Of a stretch of 64,000 bases of DNA, positions 55,160 through 64,000 are shown one piece after another (position 1 is the first letter of the stretch; every line of letters starts with the position of its first letter). A model generated the notes under the pieces. That model saw only the letters and a list, made by a program, of their open reading frames with translations. It was not told the origin of the DNA and did not search any database. A program made the translations under genes and the position numbers. Source of the DNA: Eledone cirrhosa (Eukaryota); assembly GCA_964016885.1 (NCBI GenBank), contig CAXHJY010001527.1:1-64000 (forward strand), read 5' to 3'.

Positions 55160-56345
55160 GGAGGTGAGAGAATTCTGGCTGGATACGGCCAGTTTAAATG
55201 ATAAAGGGTTAAAGATAAGTGACAGGCATGGAAAGACTAGAAAAATAAGGGTATCAGACAAGGACCAGGTAGCTAAGAGAGAAGCTAGAAGACAGGTATA
55301 CATAACACAGAGAGAGGCTGAAAAAAGAAAGTTTGCCAATGTCTTGAGACGTGAGAATCAGAGGTGTGAAGTGTTCCACATTGCAAGACAGGGAAAGGTG
55401 TGTTAAAAATGACACTGGTACACTTAGCACCACTGATGCTCAAAAGAAAGAGGTCTGGAAATGTTACTATGAAAGATTGATGAATGTAGAGAATAAATTA
55501 AGAAGCAATCTTAGACTTTTGTTTTATGTTCATTGTTCAACAAACATACACACATAATTGACATTCTCTTTGGAATTACTGATGAAACTTGTTAGTGACA
55601 CAGCTACAAGAGAGGTTCCTAGCCAAGATTAAACTGCAATATTTAGCTTTTATAGATCTAGAAAAGGCCTTTGGCAGAGTACCTCACTCTGTTATCTGGT
55701 GGTCCTTCAGAAAATTAGGTGGAGAATGGCTTGTGAGAGCAGTGCATGCCATGTACTAAGGAGGTGTCAGTAAAGTGAGAGTAGGAAGGGAGTTTAGTGA
55801 GGAATTCAATGTACAGGTAGGTGTTCATCATGGTTCAGTTCACAACACACGTCCACTGTTGGCAAATGTTTCTCCCTACGTACAAAATGTTGGCTGTACA
55901 ATACCTGTGTGTAAAGTGCAATACTGCATGGAAGTGAAACATGGGCAGTAACTGCAGAAGACATGCATAAGCTGGAGAGAAATGGAGCAACGATGCTTCG
56001 TTGGGTGTGCAACGTAAAGGTGAGAGGAAGGCAGAGCTTGGATAAAATGAGGAAGAAATTGAGCTTCAGAGGAAACCGAAGTGGTGTGCAAAGAGAAGAC
56101 TGCTTTGGTAGGGATGTGTGATATGCATGGATGGTGATCACTGGTTAAAGAAGTGCCATGGAATACCAGAGGAGGGAAGCCGTACTAGAGGTAGACCAGG
56201 GTAGATGTGGTGAGAGCTGATCTCAAATTGCTGAGATTCACAAAGGAGATAACGAAGGAGCAAGCGAGTGGGAGATGCTGTGCTTAAAAGAACCCATCCA
56301 ACCCATTCCAGGATTGAAAAACGGACGTAAAATTATGATGATGTA
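55160..56345 (+). mobile_element. Degenerate RTE fragments, mirror of 13340-14650
   Basis: Same translations as the left arm. Confidence 0.8.
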
Positions 56346-56407
56346 GATGAAGTAAATTATATCAAAACAGATTTAGAATAAAACGAACAAAACTTCCCTG
56401 AAACAAC

Positions 56408-56730
56408 AACAAGGTACAGCTATATATAAACTATATTTTATAATGTAAGGTAGTGAACGACATAATTAAATAGACGGAGATAATTTAAATAATAAAGATA
56501 TCTTTAATTTACTTAAAGCAATAACAAGGTAGAGTTAAATATAAACTATATTTTATAATGTAAGGTAGTGAACGACATAATTAAATAGACGGAGATAATT
56601 TAAATAATAAAGATATCTTTAATTTACTTAAAGCAATAACAAGGTACAGCTAAATATAAACTATATGTTATAATGTAAGGTAGTGAACAAGATAAGCAAA
56701 TAGACGGAGGTAATTTAAATAATAAAGACA
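56408..56730. repeat. ~121-bp tandem triplication
   Basis: AACAAGGTACAG..TAATGTAAGGTAGTGAAC..TAGACGGAG..AAATAATAAAGA x3; left arm has two separated copies (~12500, ~13190). Confidence 0.8.
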
Positions 56731-56863
56731 GTCATGATAACAATATATTTTATATCACATGTAACAGTGGAATCTGGTTAATTACTGGATCATTGTAAGG
56801 TTCAGATAATTATATTATTTACACACATTAATATAGACATTAAGTAAATCTTTGTCAACTTAC

Positions 56864-57062
56864 CTCCTTCAAATATAATCAATGTGCTGAGTTGTTAGTT
56901 GTTACTAAACAACCAAAGAAATAATCTCTTTGTTATCAAGTTAGAAGTTTCAATGTTATCAGCTTTATTTCACGACATTAACGTTGGTGTATCTTCTTCA
57001 TCTTTAGTCGTAAATTGATATCTTGTCAGAATGAAGTAGTGAGGCTGACTTTATGTCTTTAG
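56864..57062 (-). other. Putative 5' non-coding exon of the intact ZNF gene
   Basis: Mirror of 12168-12362 with the GAG|GTAAGT donor conserved. Confidence 0.4.
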
Positions 57063-57258
57063 CTACAGATTAGATAGGAAATATATATATATTAGGTTGA
57101 TATGTGGTCTAGAATATATATATTGTCTATAAATGACTGATAGCAGATGTTCTGGTGAAATAGTAGTTTTACTACTACAGATTGTAATGGAACTCTTAGT
57201 AGACACAATTGTAAAGTAAGAATAGATATGACAGTGTAAGACTGATGGCGGGGAATTA

Positions 57259-57308
<50 letters not shown>

Positions 57309-58013
57309 GTTACACAAGATATAATTTGATTAATTAAAGTTATAATGAAGACAGCAGGTACGCGGTGTCGTTGAGAATGTTTCAACTCTCTTAACGGTGT
57401 CATTATTTAAAAGTCCCTGATATAATTTAATACCTTCAGACACAGTTCCAATCGTATTTAATTAATTGTAAATCAGAAATTATCATTCAGTAAAATATCA
57501 ATTATATATCAATAAGAAAACCTCTACGTAGTCTCTCTCACTGCTAGAAATAGCAGTGATATTATCCATTACAACTGCTCTCTCTATATATATACGAGTA
57601 TATATATGTACACACACACACACATATATGTATGTATGTATATGTGTATATATGGGTATGTATGAGTGTGTCTGTGTGTTTGCACGTATGTATGGTGTGT
57701 ATATGTGTACATAAGGTTTTCGTATATGTATGTTTGGTGATCATATGTGTATTTACCTGTAGGTATGTGTGAGTGTGCGTTCTATACGCATTTATGCGTA
57801 TATATTTATATATGTGTATATAATTCTATATATATACACACACACAAACATATATTTATATATGTATTTGGTGTATACGTGTGCAGGTATATGTGTCGCC
57901 CCGGTTTACGTCCGTGTGCGCGTGTTTATGTGTACGTGCATGTATATGCATGCATGGCGTGAGTTTTCGCATATGCACGTGTATAAATGTCTGTATGCAT
58001 ATATTTAATTATT

Positions 58014-59144
58014 ACTATCAGCAGGACCCGGCGTTGCACGGGGTAGGAAACATGAAATAGCAACACGCATATGCAAAGATTGAGGAATGTAGCTGTATAC
58101 TTTTTGAATTCATTTATTCTCAGGGACTGATTGTTCATCTACTGGAAACGTAGAACACCAGCAGGCAGAATCCAGTAGTAGCGGTGTCAGTGGGTTGATT
58201 GCAGAAATCCTGTATGCCAAAAGAGTAAGTAAGTGTTGTAGGGCGATGTATGTCGTAAGTCTGTTCACAAATTACGTCACAGTTGGGGAACACACGTCAG
58301 TCTGAAGGAGCGACGTAGTCAATTGTGTGAAAACCAAGTAGGGATGTACATTTAAGTAGGGATATTGAGATGACGAAATCAGCGTGGCAACGCAGCTGCA
58401 GCAGAAGGGCGTCATAGTGCAATTAGCACAAACACTGGGCGGCACTGGTTTACACAGCAACAAAGGTGCGACAAAAGGAGTTAGTGTGGAATTTGCACAA
58501 CCGCTGTTCAGCGTACTTGCGCAGGAAGTTCATACTGCAGTGTAGGTGCAACAAAAGGGTTCTTAGTAGAAGTAGCACAGGCGTGAGTTTTACGGTGTCA
58601 ATAACACGTCAACGTACACAGGGCCCGGATTTGTGCGTGATGAAAGTACGAAGCGTCAACAGGGTGCTGACAAATATTTTAAGGTCCTCCTGATTTCCTC
58701 AACCCCAAGAAAATGATCCTGCTTAAAAGTAAGTAAGTGTTGTGTCCTCTGTTAAATAAACCAAATTTTTTAACGAAATATTATAGGTTACTTACGATGT
58801 TTAAGTAGTGTTTATATTGAAAATTAAAAAGGCATATAATGCCCAATGCTAATTCGTAAATTTCCTAGAAACCATTAATGGAATCGGAGATCTTTTTGTC
58901 CACAGTAATGTGAGGGGACTACCGAATGTGTGCTGCAAATTTCGAGGAATTTGGTTGGATTATCTTTAAGTAACGCCTCAAAATAGACTAAAAATACCTT
59001 TAAAAATGCGGTTTTTCGCCTAGGGCAGAAAAAGTTAACATTTTTTTAGCCTATTGCACTTCAAGCAATATAAGTAACGTATGTGTAAAGTTTAAAAAGG
59101 TCGGTTGGGTACTTCTCGAGTTTTAGGGATTTACACAGACATTC

Positions 59145-59187
<43 letters not shown>
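58014..59187 (+). mobile_element. Helentron/DINE-1-like element with a GC-richer internal segment
   Basis: CCCGGCGTTGCACGGG 5' motif and 3' end shared with 44677-45447. Confidence 0.5.
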
Positions 59188-59188
<1 letters not shown>

Positions 59189-59286
59189 GTCAACTCTTGC
59201 TAGGAGGGAAAGTGGACATTTAAAACAACAACCTGCAAAATTTTATATAGACTTTTGTCTATTTCCATGCCAGTATGGATTGAATG

Positions 59287-59336
59287 TGTGTCACTGATGA
59301 AAGATTAACAAATCTTGAAACAACACTGTCTGGTAT
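59287..59336 (+). ncRNA. Type-I hammerhead ribozyme with a GUC cleavage site
   Basis: TGTCA-CTGATGA-AAGATT aaca AATCTT-GAAA-CA acac TGTC^TGGTA; perfect 6-bp stem II, wobble-rich stem I. Confidence 0.7.
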
Positions 59337-60227
59337 CCTTGAGTGGACTGGCAACTCTGTTATATATTATTAGAGGAAAATAGAGACAAATAAATTGCTT
59401 TGTTACGAAAAAATAATTTTCTTTGATAGCAAGTCTACTAAAATGAACATGTTTTCATCTGCACCCCTAAAAGGCGTTAGATAGAAATCTGATTTTATTT
59501 TATTGCATCTCTCCCTCTCTTTTTCTTGCTCTATCTCTCCTCTCTCTCTTTCTTGCTGACTCTCTCTCCCACTTCTACTCAATGAATTCCTATACAAGGT
59601 TCTCTTATTCCATTGTTTACTTTCAACTACCCCCAGTATGTGAGTGGGCAGAAATAAATAAAAGTTTGAGAAACTTGTTGAAACTATAAAACGAATGAAA
59701 TGGTAAAAATGCATTACATAATGGAGTTGTGAAACAAAAACTATATTTTAAACGACACTTAAAATATTTTAAACATCAAAATATTAAAACTTCATAAATA
59801 TATTTAATACTCATGAGTATTTCAAAACCACACAATCTAAACATAATGTGTTGATTAGCTACCTCAGCTTATAAACGGGTTTTCGATTTTTGCCCATTTC
59901 TCAGGCATAAAATAGGAGTTTAGATTATATTTAGATCAGTTGATATTTGAGTATATATGGTAATGTCTCTGTTATGTCTAATTTAGGGAAAAGAGAAAAA
60001 ATAGAGAGGATAACAAAATATCAAATTCTGGATATCACTATATATGATTACCACATTGCTCTAGATTCAGCAACCCTAGGAAAAAGAAAAAGATGTACCA
60101 TTATATTAATGACTTTCTGTTTCTATTTCAAATGACATAAACTCATTAAGCTCGGAAATGTACACACACACACACACACACACATACATAAAAAAAGAAA
60201 TTAAAAGATGGTTAAAAAAGTTCCATA

Positions 60228-60297
60228 TACTTTATTATGCGCATTTCGAAAACAACATCATCTTGCGACAAAAATTGTGTTCTCATCAGATAAAATA
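60228..60297 (-). ncRNA. Minimal type-I hammerhead ribozyme
   Basis: TATTTTAT-CTGATGA-GAACACAA..TTGTTTTC-GAAA-TGCGCA-TA-ATAAAGTA; palindromic stem III, G-C closing stem II. Confidence 0.75.
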
Positions 60298-62049
60298 AGG
60301 TAACATGATATGAGGCCTAATCGCACTTGTAAACAGGAAAGTGTCAAGTCTACATATGACAGAAATATAATAGAAAGAACAAGATAGGAAAATAGAAGGA
60401 AAGAAGGAGAAAAAGGAAAAAGAAAGAGAGGAGAGGAAAAACAAAGGAAAAAGAAAGAAGAAAGAGAGAGAGAGAGAGAGAGAGTGAGAGAGAGAGAGAT
60501 AGAGAGAGAGAGACAGACTTTGGATCAGGTACACTGTCAAAATGAAACAAGCTGTAAATAACGGTTAAAAAGTAAATTGAAGAGGTGTATGTGCGATAAA
60601 ATAAAGGGGTCGATAAAATAAAGTACCAGTAATGCACTGGTTAATTGCTGGCCTTGTGCCAAAAGTAGAAACAATTATAGATGGTATTCAAATATTAGAG
60701 GTCTAAAATATAGAAACTGGGTATATTATTTTATATTGGGTTTAAATACTAAAAATTGGATTAAGAAGTGTAAAATGTATTAATAAAATAAAATTAAAAA
60801 AAATTAAATTAAATTAAAATAAGTATAAAAAAGATTTTTACCGCAGTTAAAAATCGTGTCTGTTAAGTTGCTCCTTCACGCATCGAATGACCGGCAAATT
60901 TGAAATTCCAGCAGTTTTTGACTGAGGAAGTATTATAGCGTTACTAAGCGGGAAGGGGAGACAACTACGATCCACGAAAGGAGGAAAAACATAATATACA
61001 CGCGGGTTAATCAGTTTTTTCGAAAACATTATCAATCCAACGTGTTAAGAACTCAATTCATTTAAAAAAATAAATGTATGCATGTAATTATATACATAGG
61101 CATATATATATTTTCTGAGGCTAAAAAACAGAGAAGTTACAACCAATAAAAACCACATTATCGCACAACAGTAATATATATATATATATATTTAAAAGAA
61201 TAGACGTGTAACACACAAGTTATTATATATTGGTAAACGGAATAGAAAATGCTGACAAATTGTTCACAGTGAAAAATAGTTTAATTAGGAATAAGTGAGA
61301 ATTAGTAATTGTATTGGTTAGTATTCAGTTTTGGTTTTAAGTTTTACTGGTTGCGCATTTCTAATGCTTTTCAAAAATAATTTTGAGATAGAGCGTCCGT
61401 GATGTTTGCTCTGATCAGAGCAACCTCTCTAATTTTGAGGCAAGCCAGCACACTGGCAGCGTAGCCTCGGGTGATGGCGAGGCTGATGCGCTGAAATATT
61501 GTTAACTTTGCCTTTCATCCTTACGGGTTCGATAAATAAAGTACCAGTAATGCCAAAAGTAGAAACAACTATTTTAATAACCTCTGTCATTTTCGTTTAA
61601 AATTTTATTTACATCATTCTTAAACTCCGGGGCTGGAAATCATTCGGTTATTTTAAATAGAATATTAATCTAACGACTCCATTTACACCATAAACTTGGT
61701 CTTGTCTTTGCATGAAATTGTTCTTCGGTCCACCGCGTCGTTTATAACGTAACATAAAGAGATAAGAAAGTGACGCCAGAAAAGGGAAATAACTCGTCTC
61801 TCATCTCTATTTATACATTTGAACTGAAAGATCAATATATTACAAATTCGATTTTTGCACTTAGCGTGAGTCGATTTGAATATTTTTTTGACCGATGTTT
61901 CCGCTGGACCTTCATCTATGAGTGTAGCAATTTCACCGAAATTTGAACGTACGGTTTAAGAGGAGATGTGAACCGACGGATTTAGTAGACAGATAGACAC
62001 ACAGACAGACGGACAGGCAGACAGACATACAGACAGACAACCTCAGTTT

Positions 62050-62076
62050 TATATATGTATATATATAATATATATA

Positions 62077-62144
<68 letters not shown>

Positions 62145-62172
62145 TATATATATATATATATGCATATATATA

Positions 62173-62211
<39 letters not shown>

Positions 62212-62228
62212 GCATATATATATATATA

Positions 62229-62293
<65 letters not shown>

Positions 62294-62351
62294 GCATATA
62301 TATATATATATATATGCATATATATATATATGCATATATATATATATATGC

Positions 62352-62410
<59 letters not shown>

Positions 62411-62428
62411 TATATATATATATATATA

Positions 62429-62466
<38 letters not shown>

Positions 62467-62500
62467 TATATATATATATATGCATATATATATATATATG

Positions 62501-62542
<42 letters not shown>

Positions 62543-62560
62543 TATATATATATATGTATG

Positions 62561-62622
<62 letters not shown>

Positions 62623-62688
62623 TATATATATATATATGCATATATATATATATATATGCATATATATATATATATGCATATATATATA

Positions 62689-62760
<72 letters not shown>

Positions 62761-62762
62761 TA
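62050..62762. repeat. (TA)n with periodic TGCA interruptions
   Basis: Direct inspection; continues at 63375-63656. Confidence 0.95.
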
Positions 62763-63371
62763 TGGTGGCTGCCAACTCGTTTTCGAGTACGGCCACTACT
62801 TTATATCCATGTAGGAGAACCCCTACCAATGCGCTGAACGAGTGTGACTTTTTAGTCCAGCCAGCGACTTGAAAACTCTGGTACAAACACTACACTTGTG
62901 ACAATTATTGACACATAGTGCTGGGCCCATGGTACCATGTGACGACAAGTGCAGAGAGATCTCCAGATATAAAGCAATGCCTGTGCCGTGAAGCTTTTAT
63001 AGTGAGCAAAGGCACTGCACAAAGCCAGTCCCACTCTCTTAACCAAGATGATATTTACCAAAAAGAAGAACAAGTCAACATCATTGGATACCATCAGAGT
63101 TGCAGGTGTTATATCAGAGTTTTCCTTCTCCTAGAATTCTGCCTTGACAAAGGCTAAGGGGTCATCTCTCCGGTGATTTTGGATGGCCATTGACTCTTAA
63201 GAGCTCCTTTGCCCTTTGACAGGTTTTGTTTTTAGTCCTGCAGGATGTCCAAAGTCACCCTCCTCACCAAGAAACCTTGGTGGGGTTGCCAGTTTAGTCG
63301 CCAACGACCCGACCATGAGACAGGTTGTACTGGGATACATGTTACCAGTAGCACCAACTAGTGACCTGACA
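62763..63371. mobile_element. ~600-bp element in (TA)n, copy 2
   Basis: Direct near-identical copy of 2589-3191. Confidence 0.8.
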
Positions 63372-63411
63372 TAAATATATATATATATATGCATATATAT
63401 ATATATATATA

Positions 63412-63445
<34 letters not shown>

Positions 63446-63487
63446 TATATATATATATATGCATATATATATATATATATATATATA

Positions 63488-63533
<46 letters not shown>

Positions 63534-63545
63534 TATATATATATA

Positions 63546-63660
<115 letters not shown>

Positions 63661-64000
63661 ATTATGTAATAAACAACATAAGGCAATTATTCCATTTACC
63701 AGTGGTTTCTTAAAAGCAAAAGGTTTTGCTTTCAATCCTCAGAATGAAAAATCCTGGTTTGTTTATTGAATATGGATTCTAAAAACAAAAATGCAATCTA
63801 TATGAAAGTGAGGCTGGAAAAGGGAAAAGGAAAGGAAAAATAAAATAAAACTACACATGCAAACACACACAAAAAAACACAAAAGCATACTTACACACAC
63901 ATACATGTATACACATATATATAAATGCACGCATACACATATACATATACACATATATATATATATAAAGAGCGTACACCTACACACACATACACATATA

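Overview
AT-rich, repeat-dense eukaryotic (metazoan) DNA. The combination of (TA)n tracts, tRNA-derived SINEs, RTE LINEs with (TGA)n tails, TTAGGG repeats and effector-less poly-C2H2 zinc-finger genes suggests an octopus/coleoid cephalopod genome (inference). Most ORFs in the track are microsatellite noise. The dominant structure is a giant fold-back palindrome (about 11675-57576, centre about 27632) starting about 0.5 kb inside a 1.7-kb variant (CCCTAA)n telomeric array. Each arm carries one C2H2-ZNF gene, and the two converge: a disrupted ~25-finger copy at 18871-21056 (+) and an intact 20-finger copy at 34666-36444 (-). Their flanks are nearly identical but their finger arrays have diverged strongly. 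The right arm holds ~15 kb of extra nested TEs: an intact APE-RT RTE LINE with a PHD finger inside the RT and a 204-bp 5' monomer array, a Penelope-like RT+GIY-YIG element, and a 1.6-kb fold-back carrying two hammerhead ribozymes. Five minimal type-I hammerhead motifs, a DD37D mariner pair, further fold-backs and several satellites are also visible. All alignments and coordinates were read by eye and are approximate.
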